A stretch of DNA of 19,993 nt, from contig JAFGAR010000026.1 of the NCBI GenBank assembly GCA_016933575.1, positions 1-19,993 of the forward strand, given 5' to 3'. How positions within the stretch are numbered: position 1 is the first letter of the stretch; each line of letters opens with the position of its first letter. The translations under genes were made by a program, and so were the position numbers. This stretch comes from Candidatus Thorarchaeota archaeon (GTDB taxonomy: Archaea > Asgardarchaeota > Thorarchaeia > Thorarchaeales > Thorarchaeaceae). Below are positions 1 to 8,865 of this stretch, piece after piece. The notes beneath the pieces were generated by a model. The model saw only the letters and a list, made by a program, of their open reading frames with translations, was not told the DNA's origin and made no database searches.

Positions 1-743
1 AGATATGAAGAGAACAGCACGGACTGCCCATCTGCCTCGATAAGTGTTATGAACACGTCGAGAGTACCAGAACGTGTATTCTGATGAGCATTCAGTACTG
101 GAAAATCGTCTGACTCAGTTGTCCCAGAGATGGCTATTCGACCGGAAGAATCAGCATTCAATGTATATAGCCAGTCACTTCCAGTGCCGCCAAAGTAAGT
201 TGAGAATATCAGGGATTGACCATCCTCAGAGAACTTGGTGATGAAACAATCAGCATCTCCTTCAGTCCCACCTGTGAAATTCGATTGAAGAGGATTCAAT
301 AGTGGGAAGTCTGATGACCCTGTCACCCCACCTATTATGATATTATCATCAGAATCGACAGCAACACCCGTAGGCACTTCTTGAGCTGAGCCTCCAAGGT
401 ATGTTGAGAAGATCAGTGAACCATTCGGAGAGAACTTCGAGATGGTCCCGTCGCTAATACCATTGATGTGATCCTGAAAGGCATCTTTCAATGGAAAATC
501 AGTGGACTCTGTACGACCGACTACAATGATGTTACCCTGTGAATCGACAACAGTACTCCCAAAGGCATACGATATTGTCTCTATGCGATCATCACCGGTG
601 CCACCGAAATACGTTGAGAAATCAATCAGGTCAACTGGATTCACCTCTGTGGTAGCAATTACATGTGTGAATGCTCCCAGAGAGAGAATTAGTAGAAAGG
701 CAGCAGTTACAGCCTCTCGTTTGAAATTCTTTTGAATTGACAT
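1..743 (-). CDS. SBBP-repeat (beta-propeller) secreted/cell-surface protein, 3'-partial (runs off window)
   Basis: Manual minus-strand translation from ATG at 743: MSIQKNFKREAVTAAFLLILSLGAFTHVIA (signal-peptide-like). This is followed by repeated units FSTYFGGTGDD..VVDSQGNIIVVGRTESTDFP / FSTYLGGSAQE..VAVDSDDNIIIGGVTGSSDFP / FSTYFGGTGSD..NADSSGRIAISGTTESDDFP. No stop before position 1. TATA-like TATAAA about 26 nt upstream. Not in the ORF track. Confidence 0.92.
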   Translation of the reverse strand, partial: MSIQKNFKREAVTAAFLLILSLGAFTHVIATTEVNPVDLIDFSTYFGGTGDDRIETISYAFGSTVVDSQGNIIVVGRTESTDFPLKDAFQDHINGISDGTISKFSPNGSLIFSTYLGGSAQEVPTGVAVDSDDNIIIGGVTGSSDFPLLNPLQSNFTGGTEGDADCFITKFSEDGQSLIFSTYFGGTGSDWLYTLNADSSGRIAISGTTESDDFPVLNAHQNTRSGTLDVFITLIEADGQSVLFSSY

Positions 744-770
744 TCCAAAAGCATCCTTTTTGATTAGATT

Positions 771-804
771 TATATTCTTTAATTTTCAAAAATTAGAAAA
801 TATA
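771..804. promoter_or_regulatory. AT-rich inverted repeat overlapping divergent TATA boxes (putative operator / back-to-back promoters)
   Basis: TATATTCTTTAATTTT-CA-AAAATTAGAAAATATA. The 16-nt arms match at 14/16 positions. It lies between the divergent SBBP gene and the wHTH regulator. Confidence 0.5.
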
Positions 805-857
805 CTTTGGTATCGTAGCAAGAATTGATTGATATAGTGATAGAAACTGCAGATAGG

Positions 858-1925
858 ATGAAATCAATGGAGCCAACGCGATTACTCTCAAAACAATCAA
901 AGGAAATTGAACGAGAGATTGTTACATTCTATAAGACTGTTGGAAATATGGTGAGTCTAAATTCAAGAACAACAGAGATTTTTGCTTACCTTAGAATCTA
1001 TGATGCCTTGACTCAAGAACAACTCAAGCAACTCACAGGATTCTCACTGGGCACCATCTCGACGACACTACAATCGTTCCTCCAAACGGATATCATTAAC
1101 CATACTATTATTCCGGGGACTCACAAAAATCTCTACAGGATAAGACCAGACAGAGTAGACTTTGTCTATACAGCTACTACCAAGATTATTGAGAATCTCG
1201 AGAGACTTGATGGATATATTATGGAAAGTCAGACAGAACTTCGCCATCTAATGAGTAAATATCCGAGAGAAATAGAATTCCTACATTACCGACTTAACAG
1301 TCTTCGTAATTATATCGAGGCTCAAAGAAGGCAGATCAGTAGAGAGAAGAGGTACTCGTTCTTTCAAGAAGATACATCTGGAATCGTTCCACTCAACGAG
1401 GTGGTGGTCTATTCATTTGAAACACGAGAGTTAGATGAGAATCTAATGGACATTATTAGCCTCTATAAGGAGGACCCAGTAAAAGATCGAATACTCAGAA
1501 TCTTCTTTACTCACCGAAGTCTCGACCAACAGACTCTGATAGAACTATCAAGATTCTCACGAAGTACAATCTCCCGCTACTTGCGGAGCCTCCTTGCAAA
1601 CGGATACATCATTGCTCTTCCTAAAGAGTACCAAAAACCGAGGATCTATTATTTGAACTCCATCTCACGGACCATACTCTCTAACATTCTAAAAACAGAC
1701 AATTTCATCTACTCGTACGTCCCAAGATTTCAGGAAATTCTTTACAAGCTTCATTCTGAAAAGCAATCAGAAAGAGATAGCAGAGATATCGCGTTTCTCG
1801 AGGTAAAGATTGGAAACATAATCAAACAGATTGAATTCTTTAAGAAGAAGACAAGATTCTTGAGACAAGCCTACCAAGACCTTTGTGAGTTCCTAGAAAA
1901 AAACACCTCAGCTAAAAATCCATAG
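858..1925 (+). CDS. Tandem double winged-helix transcriptional regulator (GbsR/MarR-like)
   Basis: Two similar wHTH units, each followed by a helical segment: EIFAYLRIYDALTQEQLKQLTGFSLGTISTTLQSFL..HKNLYR and RILRIFFTHRSLDQQTLIELSRFSRSTISRYLRSLLANGYI..KPRIYY. Start probably ATG 858 or 867 rather than TTG 825. Confidence 0.85.
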   Translation: MKSMEPTRLLSKQSKEIEREIVTFYKTVGNMVSLNSRTTEIFAYLRIYDALTQEQLKQLTGFSLGTISTTLQSFLQTDIINHTIIPGTHKNLYRIRPDRVDFVYTATTKIIENLERLDGYIMESQTELRHLMSKYPREIEFLHYRLNSLRNYIEAQRRQISREKRYSFFQEDTSGIVPLNEVVVYSFETRELDENLMDIISLYKEDPVKDRILRIFFTHRSLDQQTLIELSRFSRSTISRYLRSLLANGYIIALPKEYQKPRIYYLNSISRTILSNILKTDNFIYSYVPRFQEILYKLHSEKQSERDSRDIAFLEVKIGNIIKQIEFFKKKTRFLRQAYQDLCEFLEKNTSAKNP

Positions 1926-1974
1926 GAAATATATCGAACTTTACCACGTTCCAAAAGTTGCTGAGGTTTAAGAT

Positions 1975-2423
1975 ATGACTGGTTCAATGAAGAGCGCGGT
2001 CTTTTTTGTATTAGCAGGAATAATGTTCATCGTCCAGATGGTTATCAGTCTTGCAGCATTTGATGACCTCAATGGAGCAATTCTTGGATCCGGATTCGTC
2101 ATCATCATGTTTGCAGGCTCTCTCTTTGCATGGAAAGGTGGACTTATGCAAATTGATGAAAAAAGTACGAATATCAATTAGGTCCCAATACAACCACCCA
2201 GGTCTGGAAGGACACGGGACAGATCGTACAATGCACGCCATGTTTTGGGTTATGTGGAGGTATTGCAGGTATCATCATTGTATTCATGGCTGGAGCGGAA
2301 TTACTTGGAACTGAGTTGTTCCTTCTACTAAGCCCCGGACTACTTAGAGGTATACTTGGTATCATTGCGGGTATAGTATTCATATTGGACTATAGAGGCC
2401 CGTGGACACAGCGAAGATTCTGA
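1975..2423 (+). pseudogene. ~149-aa four-TM membrane protein split by a 1-nt frameshift in an A6 run (pseudogene, assembly error or recoding)
   Basis: The frame from ATG 1975 stops at 2181. Adding one A at 2159-2164 continues it as ..IDEKKYEYQLGPNTTTQVWKDTGQIVQCTPCFGLCGGIAGIIIVFMAGAELLGTELFLLLSPGLLRGILGIIAGIVFILDYRGPWTQRRF* (TGA 2421-2423). The downstream frame has no start codon at its beginning. Confidence 0.7.
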
Positions 2424-2436
2424 TGTTATGGAAGTA

Positions 2437-2491
2437 TTGGAGAGAGAGATTAGGATTTGAGTCTGGCATCTCTAATCCAGTCTCCTCTCAA
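2437..2491. terminator. Imperfect hairpin between convergent genes (possible bidirectional terminator)
   Basis: TTGGAGAGAGAGATTAG...CTAATCCAGTCTCCTCTCAA, with GATTAG/CTAATC and GAGAG/CTCTC pairing. Confidence 0.3.
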
Positions 2492-2522
2492 CATGTAACT
2501 ATTCAAGCCACGGTCTGCTCAA

Positions 2523-3788
2523 TCAGCTTCCAAAATCATACGTGACGGTTTCTGGATGGATTGCCTCTTCAGTGCCTCTACTCCGCAAGCAGATAGCTCC
2601 AGCAACCACTGCAACTATTGCAACGACGAAGATGGGTACTAACCAGTCTGTTGTGCCAGTAGTAGTTATCGAAGTAGCCCCAGTGATGACCAACTCATAG
2701 GGGGCTCCACTTGAACCCACCTGATGCCTTCTGTACATCAGGTTTTGCCCGTTGGGAGAGAACATGGCACCATCATCATCATACGACCCATTTGTAAGCT
2801 GGATGATCTGACTGCCATCAGTATCTACACTAAAGATGTGAAAATTACCATCCGAGCTACGGTTACTTCGCATGAGAAACGACTGCTCATCCACAGGGTG
2901 ACAGCTCACCCAGGAATTAGTGTAATCATCATCAAGCACTATACTATCATTAGTTCCATCTACTTGGATTGCTCCTATACTACCATTAGGATTGCTATAG
3001 ATGACTGTCTTACCGTCAGCCAAGACCAGAGGCCATGTCACAGCTGAGAATGTCTTCACTATTACGACACCACTTCCATTGACATTACTCGCTATGAGAG
3101 TAGTGGGCTGATCATAGTAGGATGCTGTACCCCAGAGGAGCTTGTTACCAGTAGGGGACATTCCTATGGTGAATGAGTACGTGGAACCGCTTATCAACTG
3201 CCAACCATCAGTCCCATTGGCATGGCAGGCGTATGCCTTCCACCATCCATTGCCATCATGAGCACTGAAATACACAAGGTCAGTCCCCGGAATGAACCGC
3301 CCCCAGCGTGCAGTACCAATATTGTTGTAGTAGGTGTTCCACCATTGTGTTCGTATTCCATCTGTGTAAGTGAACGTAATCTGAGTGAGGTTGGTCCCAT
3401 CACTTCGTATCTTCCAGAGTTCCCCTCGACCATAATATTCTGCAGGGAGTTCATTCTCATGTCTAATCCTGAGAAGTATCCAATCGCCCTGCCAGTCCTC
3501 CAGACCACCCAATTCAATCTCAGAATAGATCGACTGAAGATTCGTTACTCTGGAACCATCCCAGTCTCCAACCCAGAGTTCTCCCCAGGACTGACCGGTG
3601 AGGTATTTGATGAATGCCACATGAGTCCCATCTGACGACCAGATGTAGTCTGATATGTTACCGGTAGCAATGATCCCCCCACTCGCATCTGACGGTTCTG
3701 CTCGAACAGGATGAGTCAGAAAGACAGAGGTGGTGATAAACAATGCAACAAAAATTGCAGCGGCTATTGTGATCTTTCCTAATTTCAT
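2523..3788 (-). CDS. TolB-like (PD40-type) beta-propeller cell-surface protein with signal peptide and C-terminal TM anchor
   Basis: N-terminal hydrophobic signal ending VRA-EP. Repeated WSSDGTHVAF / MSPTGNKLLW / FSPNGQNLMY and D-G-(T/S)-x-x-x-Q-(I/L)-T motifs. Thr-rich linker TSITTTGTT, then TM WLVPIFVVAIVAVVAGAICL and a short tail. Many N-x-S/T sequons. AGGAG upstream. Confidence 0.85.
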   Translation of the reverse strand: MKLGKITIAAAIFVALFITTSVFLTHPVRAEPSDASGGIIATGNISDYIWSSDGTHVAFIKYLTGQSWGELWVGDWDGSRVTNLQSIYSEIELGGLEDWQGDWILLRIRHENELPAEYYGRGELWKIRSDGTNLTQITFTYTDGIRTQWWNTYYNNIGTARWGRFIPGTDLVYFSAHDGNGWWKAYACHANGTDGWQLISGSTYSFTIGMSPTGNKLLWGTASYYDQPTTLIASNVNGSGVVIVKTFSAVTWPLVLADGKTVIYSNPNGSIGAIQVDGTNDSIVLDDDYTNSWVSCHPVDEQSFLMRSNRSSDGNFHIFSVDTDGSQIIQLTNGSYDDDGAMFSPNGQNLMYRRHQVGSSGAPYELVITGATSITTTGTTDWLVPIFVVAIVAVVAGAICLRSRGTEEAIHPETVTYDFGS

Positions 3789-4062
3789 CTTCTCAATTCT
3801 ACGCTCCTAATTGCACATTCTAACCAAGCGATAAATACGATGCATAAAAATGATAGAGAAAAGAGTTACTATTTTGATTCAGAGAAGAATATAGACTTCA
3901 AGGAGAGCCATTCTCAAACTCACAATGAGAATTATGGTCTCATGTGAGCCTGAACCATCTCCATGGTCATTTTGACTCAATGAATACAACCGGAAATATT
4001 CGATAGACCAAATGATACAAGTGGGTCAGAGCTATTAGCATGATTATACTGTACAACGAACG

Positions 4063-4350
4063 GTGGTTCTATTGGAAGCATCATTGCGAGACATGCTCAA
4101 ACACGGAAGAAAGTTTGAACGAATGGGAACTGATGTACCAGGAATATACATCAGAAAGATACCGCCATCAGTGATTGAAGAAGCCTATCTTGCTGTTGAG
4201 ATAAATCCAATTGGAAAAGATGGTCTTCCGACGAATAAGATAGGGATTATCATTCGGAACACTGAGCAACTTAGCGCTATCAGAGCAATTCTCTCTGAGT
4301 CGAAAGTAGATGAAATAGTTCAAGCGATTGAGGGACTAGATCAATCCTAA
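4063..4350 (+). CDS. Small conserved archaeal-type hypothetical protein, possibly PC4/Whirly-like nucleic-acid-binding fold
   Basis: Sequence VPGIYIRKIP..YLAVEINPIGKDGLPTNKIGIIIRNTEQLSAIRAIL suggests a beta-beta-beta-alpha pattern. Start may be GTG 4063 or TTG 4072. The fold assignment is inference. Confidence 0.75.
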   Translation: MVLLEASLRDMLKHGRKFERMGTDVPGIYIRKIPPSVIEEAYLAVEINPIGKDGLPTNKIGIIIRNTEQLSAIRAILSESKVDEIVQAIEGLDQS

Positions 4351-4571
4351 GTTGAAAATAAAAAGGAAAGTTCCAGAGGAAAGATAGTTGCTTGCAGTTG
4401 GTTGAATTATGCATCGTCACATTTCGGAATTTGGATCTGAAAAGATTCTTGCACTCTTTGTGGTTAGTCCTGTTATTGTATTTACCAATTCTGACTATCA
4501 AAAGAGTAGATTAGGACTATCCCCAAAGGCCAACTAGATTCCGGACTTGTCAGGGTCCTTGTTCAGTCTTT

Positions 4572-4694
4572 TCAATCATTCTTTTTGCCCTTTTTTACTG
4601 AAGGCATTGGTCCTACGGCAAATCCAAGAATTCCCGTTGGTTGATAGGATTCTTCAATTTGGTCCCTTCCCGTTTTTCTCTTCTTTTTCGCCAT
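4572..4694 (-). CDS. Putative 40-aa basic small protein
   Basis: MAKKKRKTGRDQIEESYQPTGILGFAVGPMPSVKKGKKND*. GGCGGG SD-like element 9 nt upstream of the ATG, and TATAAT at 4732-4727. Below the ORF-track length cutoff. Confidence 0.55.
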   Translation of the reverse strand: MAKKKRKTGRDQIEESYQPTGILGFAVGPMPSVKKGKKND

Positions 4695-4830
4695 TGTATT
4701 CAACCCGCCGCTTTGAATTCTCATCTATTATATCGTCCCAGAGCTGTGTTTTCTGTCTCTGAAAAAAGTAGTATTTAATTCGAGGGATATTTATACTGTG
4801 GAACTGCTACTAGTTATTGGAGGAGTAACT

Positions 4831-6687
4831 ATGGGGGTTACAAGACTTAGAGAATTAATAGCAGCAACTGAGACGAATCCAAATGATTTGGATGCCTGGT
4901 TTAACCTTGGAAAATACACAACTGACCGATTCATTGTTGGAATTGGGGAAGAAGCTCTGACCAAAGTGGTCAAAGAACGGCCAGATGATGCAGAAGTTAT
5001 AGGACTCTTAGCAAAGGCTCTCAATCGGAGAAGAAAATTCGTAGAAGCAGAAAAGGTCTATCTGAAAGCACTTGACCTTGAACCAGACAGTCCAGAGTTA
5101 TTGACAGGGCTTGCTGTTGTATATGGGAATCAAGGCGAGTTAGAAAAGGCAATACCTTACTATAGTCGGGCACTTGAGATCAATAATGGGCACTCTTGGG
5201 CAGTACATGGGTATATTCATGTGTTAGGAGCACTGGGACAGGAGAATGAAAAAATCCCCTTGTTAGAGAGGGCACTGAAGACCAACCCAGATAGTGCCCT
5301 GATAAATGTCCTCTATGGTCTCGAACAGAAGAAGAGGGGAAATCAAGTGCTGAGTAGGAAACATATCGAGCAGGGATTTGCTCGAATTGATAATGTTGAC
5401 TGCGAGGAACAGAGTAGAACCCTGAGAATGATAATGGACTTTGATCCAGATAGTGTGATTACATTTGGGACACGTATCTTGCAAGATGATCCAGATAACA
5501 TGGACATCGAGCTCTTTGTGACTCTAGCGAGTTCTAGGATGAATCCCAAAGGCGCAGTTCAGAAAATGAAAGAAATGCTTAATCGTGATCCAAATAACCC
5601 ACGGATTATTGGCATGATGATTCCAATGATGCTGGCAACAGGGGATGTTGATGCAGCGCTGGAATTCAAGAAGAGATTGGAAACCACTGCCCCTGAGGAT
5701 GATCTCATCAAAGTAGCTAACATGGTTCTAACTAAAACACGACCTGGTGAACTCTTTGTGTCTGAGAAGGCGAGAGAGTCATATGTTGAATCAACTCGCG
5801 ATATCCTCAAAAGACTCCCCGTAAGTCCTCATGCGCACCTGGAATATATTCAGGCCTTGATGACAGTCCACAGATATGAAGAGGCCAAGGAACAGGTAAA
5901 GAAGGTCTTGAAAGATATAAAGATGGAAAATGTCACGCAATACCTCTCCTTTGCTCGTATTCTTCGCACTCTAAGATTCTTTGAAGAATCAAGAGAACAA
6001 TATCAAACAGCATCTAGTATGACAGAAACACCCTACGCCAAGCTCCTCATAGAAATGGATGAACTTGTGGAGCTTGAGAAGTATTCAGATATCGTTGTTG
6101 CTTGTAACAAATTCCTTGAACATAATGAAGCAACTCCAGAACTCTATGCACTATTGGGTCGAGCACAACATTATGTGAATGATGATGAGGCAAGAACCAA
6201 TTTGGAGATAGCTGCAGAAGCAGGTAACTATGAGGGAATGATGCTGCTATCTAATATTCTACGAAAGGAAGGAGATGAGCAGCGAGCAGATGATATGCTT
6301 CAGGAAGTGATGACCTCTAAGGGGCTTCATACTATTACCATGGCACGTTGCCTACTAGGTCTCAGGCAATTTGACAAAGCATCAGAAGTATTGAAGAAAT
6401 ATCTAGAACAACACCGTACCGATGTCTTGGGATGGTATCTTCTTGCTCTGAATGAACGAAGAGAGGGAGAGCAGGCGGTCAAGAGGGTCATGCGGAAAAT
6501 GCTCGAATCGATGATGCAGGGAAACAATGCGGATGACGCAGAGGTACTCTCCCAGCGGCTGGAAGTGGATAAGGGTGTTGATGAATTCACCACAGAGGTC
6601 ATGGTTGGTGAAGTAGGTGAAAAGGTAAAACATATGCTACTTCTAAATCAGGTCAGAGGTCTACTCTTTGCGGAGGTGGAGAGCTAG
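4831..6687 (+). CDS. Tetratricopeptide repeat (TPR) protein
   Basis: Multiple TPR units (e.g. AEKVYLKALDLEPDSPELLTGLAVVYGNQGELEKAIPYYSRALEINN). GGAGGA SD immediately upstream of ATG 4831, a better start than GTG 4798. Confidence 0.92.
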   Translation: MGVTRLRELIAATETNPNDLDAWFNLGKYTTDRFIVGIGEEALTKVVKERPDDAEVIGLLAKALNRRRKFVEAEKVYLKALDLEPDSPELLTGLAVVYGNQGELEKAIPYYSRALEINNGHSWAVHGYIHVLGALGQENEKIPLLERALKTNPDSALINVLYGLEQKKRGNQVLSRKHIEQGFARIDNVDCEEQSRTLRMIMDFDPDSVITFGTRILQDDPDNMDIELFVTLASSRMNPKGAVQKMKEMLNRDPNNPRIIGMMIPMMLATGDVDAALEFKKRLETTAPEDDLIKVANMVLTKTRPGELFVSEKARESYVESTRDILKRLPVSPHAHLEYIQALMTVHRYEEAKEQVKKVLKDIKMENVTQYLSFARILRTLRFFEESREQYQTASSMTETPYAKLLIEMDELVELEKYSDIVVACNKFLEHNEATPELYALLGRAQHYVNDDEARTNLEIAAEAGNYEGMMLLSNILRKEGDEQRADDMLQEVMTSKGLHTITMARCLLGLRQFDKASEVLKKYLEQHRTDVLGWYLLALNERREGEQAVKRVMRKMLESMMQGNNADDAEVLSQRLEVDKGVDEFTTEVMVGEVGEKVKHMLLLNQVRGLLFAEVES

Positions 6688-6690
6688 AAA

Positions 6691-8760
6691 TTGATGGAAA
6701 ATATTCTCATCAAGCTTCTCAGTGAAGGTCTTAGCTGGAGAGACCATCTATCAGCGCAGGAACAGGCAGAATATCTCAACAGAGGTATGAAGGACCTCTG
6801 GAGAGAGAGAGTAATGATTACAGCTGAATCTCTAGGAATTCCTAAAGTACTCAGGCAAATGGCATTTTCATTTAACAGCATCCAAGCTTGGGCAGTGTAT
6901 CTTGATTCTGTCCTCGACCTCTTTGGTATCCCAGAACTTCAGGGAATTGCATGTGAACCTGCTGAGTTTGTTGAAAAGGTGGCAAGTAGAGAACCCAAGA
7001 ATTGGGAACAGGTCAAAGAAATAGCAATTGAGATTGCCAGAGAATATCTGAAGACACAAATAGAGAGTGGCGATGTATATCTTCTCCATCCCGGCAATCT
7101 TACATCTCCGGAGCTATCGGTCTATGTTCCATCCATTATTGAGGAGCGAAGTGACCAGCTGAAGCAGGCGCAATCCTATTTGATGGAGGATGGAATGGTA
7201 GATATGTTCGATTTTCTCCAGCTACCTATCACAATGGAACTGATGATAGAATCAGGCGTAGCAGGACGGACTACACCAGAAAAGGCGGAGATTGTACTCG
7301 AACGAATGGCAGAATTAGGACTGGTTTCAATTCCAGAAACAATGAAGAAACGCGAGAAGAAATCAGATATTCGTAAGCAATACCATGAGCTCTTCCAGAA
7401 TTGTAGCAAACGTCATTCGGACCTTCTGAGAGGGTGTGTCATGAGTTATGATTCCGATGAGCAGATCTGTAAGCAGGGTATCGAACTTATCCATGGAACA
7501 GGTCATGCACATTCGTTGCATGCATTACTCGCAGGAATCGAAAAGAGCAGTGATGAGATTGTACAATTATCGCTCAAAGGGCTAGGATTACTAGGAAATC
7601 CTATTGCTATTGAAAAGGTATCAGACATTCTACAATCTAACCAGGCACCAGAGGTAAAGATTGCAGCATGTACCACTCTAGGAATGCTTCGTGCTGACCA
7701 GCATCTAGATAGAATAAGAGACTTGCTACTATCAAGAAACGACAACGTAAGTCTAGCAGGAGCTAGTGCCTTGTTGGCAATTGGTACTCCTGATGCACTG
7801 GATATCTTTTGGCAACACATCCGAAGATTTGGAATCGCAAGACTCTCAGGATTGTCTAAAGCAATTGCAGACACAGGTAATAGGAATGCAGTCCTCTTTC
7901 TTATTGGCCTCCTCCTCCTCGACCTGCAGGTATTTATTGATACTGGAGAAGTACCCTTCTATAATGCATTTGGACAAGCGAAGGATGAGGCTCAGAAGAC
8001 CGTTCTCTTAGCAGTGATTGAAAAGCTGAGAGACCAAGCTGTAGCAGGTCTGGGTCGCTTTGGCGGCGCTGCAGTTCCCATTCTAATATCCATTCTACAG
8101 ATGTACCAAGAGGGGCGGCAACTCTTTCAGGGAATGCAAGTCTGGGATCCAGCAGAGAGTGAAATGGAAAAACTTGTAGATTCACGATTAAGAGAATACT
8201 TCAGATTTCCAAGATTTGATACCATTCCCAATCCGATCATACACACAGTCAGAGCATTAGGTGTAACTCACTCAGAACGAGCCATTCCATTTCTGAAAGA
8301 ACTTGGAAAAGCGGATGAAGAAGAGATTGTGTTCCAAGTCATAGAATCATTGAGTGAGATAGATATTCCAGCGATTGATGTACTTCTGAACATTGAGACC
8401 AAATCTATGAAACTCAAACTGCAGAAGATCCAACAGATTGGGACAATCGTGCATCCAAAGGTAACTCAGTGGCTCATCAAGCAAATGGAAGACAAAGACC
8501 CACTCATTCGGATGCAGGCAGCTATCTTATTAGCCATGAGAAATGATCGGAATCTAAGTAAAATTCTACTAAAGGCAGCAAAAGATCCACACCCGGGAGT
8601 CCGTGCAGGACTCGCCAATGTGATAATTCGTTTGGGCATGGATACATATCCTGAGGTCATGCAACTATTGAGCGAGGATAAGGACGAGGATATACGGAAG
8701 ATAATAACCAAAGCGCAATTGGCATACAAAGCCGATCAGGACAATGATTTCTGGGCATGA
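6691..8760 (+). CDS. HEAT-repeat (PBS-lyase-like) protein with ~250-aa uncharacterised N-terminal domain
   Basis: HEAT units such as EVKIAACTTLGML, NVSLAGASALLAIG, DKDPLIRMQAAILL, DPHPGVRAGLANVI, DKDEDIR. Starts 3 nt after the TPR stop, with a GGAGGTG SD inside the TPR 3' end. Start TTG 6691 or ATG 6694. Confidence 0.88.
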   Translation: MMENILIKLLSEGLSWRDHLSAQEQAEYLNRGMKDLWRERVMITAESLGIPKVLRQMAFSFNSIQAWAVYLDSVLDLFGIPELQGIACEPAEFVEKVASREPKNWEQVKEIAIEIAREYLKTQIESGDVYLLHPGNLTSPELSVYVPSIIEERSDQLKQAQSYLMEDGMVDMFDFLQLPITMELMIESGVAGRTTPEKAEIVLERMAELGLVSIPETMKKREKKSDIRKQYHELFQNCSKRHSDLLRGCVMSYDSDEQICKQGIELIHGTGHAHSLHALLAGIEKSSDEIVQLSLKGLGLLGNPIAIEKVSDILQSNQAPEVKIAACTTLGMLRADQHLDRIRDLLLSRNDNVSLAGASALLAIGTPDALDIFWQHIRRFGIARLSGLSKAIADTGNRNAVLFLIGLLLLDLQVFIDTGEVPFYNAFGQAKDEAQKTVLLAVIEKLRDQAVAGLGRFGGAAVPILISILQMYQEGRQLFQGMQVWDPAESEMEKLVDSRLREYFRFPRFDTIPNPIIHTVRALGVTHSERAIPFLKELGKADEEEIVFQVIESLSEIDIPAIDVLLNIETKSMKLKLQKIQQIGTIVHPKVTQWLIKQMEDKDPLIRMQAAILLAMRNDRNLSKILLKAAKDPHPGVRAGLANVIIRLGMDTYPEVMQLLSEDKDEDIRKIITKAQLAYKADQDNDFWA

Positions 8761-8865
8761 TTACCTCCCGAATAAATCAGGTATGTGCTTAGGTGTCTAT
8801 GAACTACTCTGATTTATTCGTAAAGGTTTTTGTCAATTGAGCTGATTAAATCATCAATGATATGT

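Noticed and set aside
502-735. 77-aa plus-strand ORF in the track
   Set aside because: Antisense shadow of the SBBP-repeat gene on the minus strand.
2154-2159. Tandem TGA TGA before the downstream half-ORF as possible selenocysteine readthrough
   Set aside because: The upstream sequence in that frame is not protein-like, no SECIS was recognised, and a 1-nt frameshift explains the locus.
2051-2383. Overlapping short ORFs (2051-2314 +, 2011-2241 -, 2174-2383 -, 1968-2177 -)
   Set aside because: Better explained as alternative frames and antisense of the single frameshifted membrane gene.
4547-4762. 71-aa Phe-rich plus-strand ORF
   Set aside because: Phe richness is the antisense image of Lys codons in the 40-aa minus-strand ORF; no start signals.
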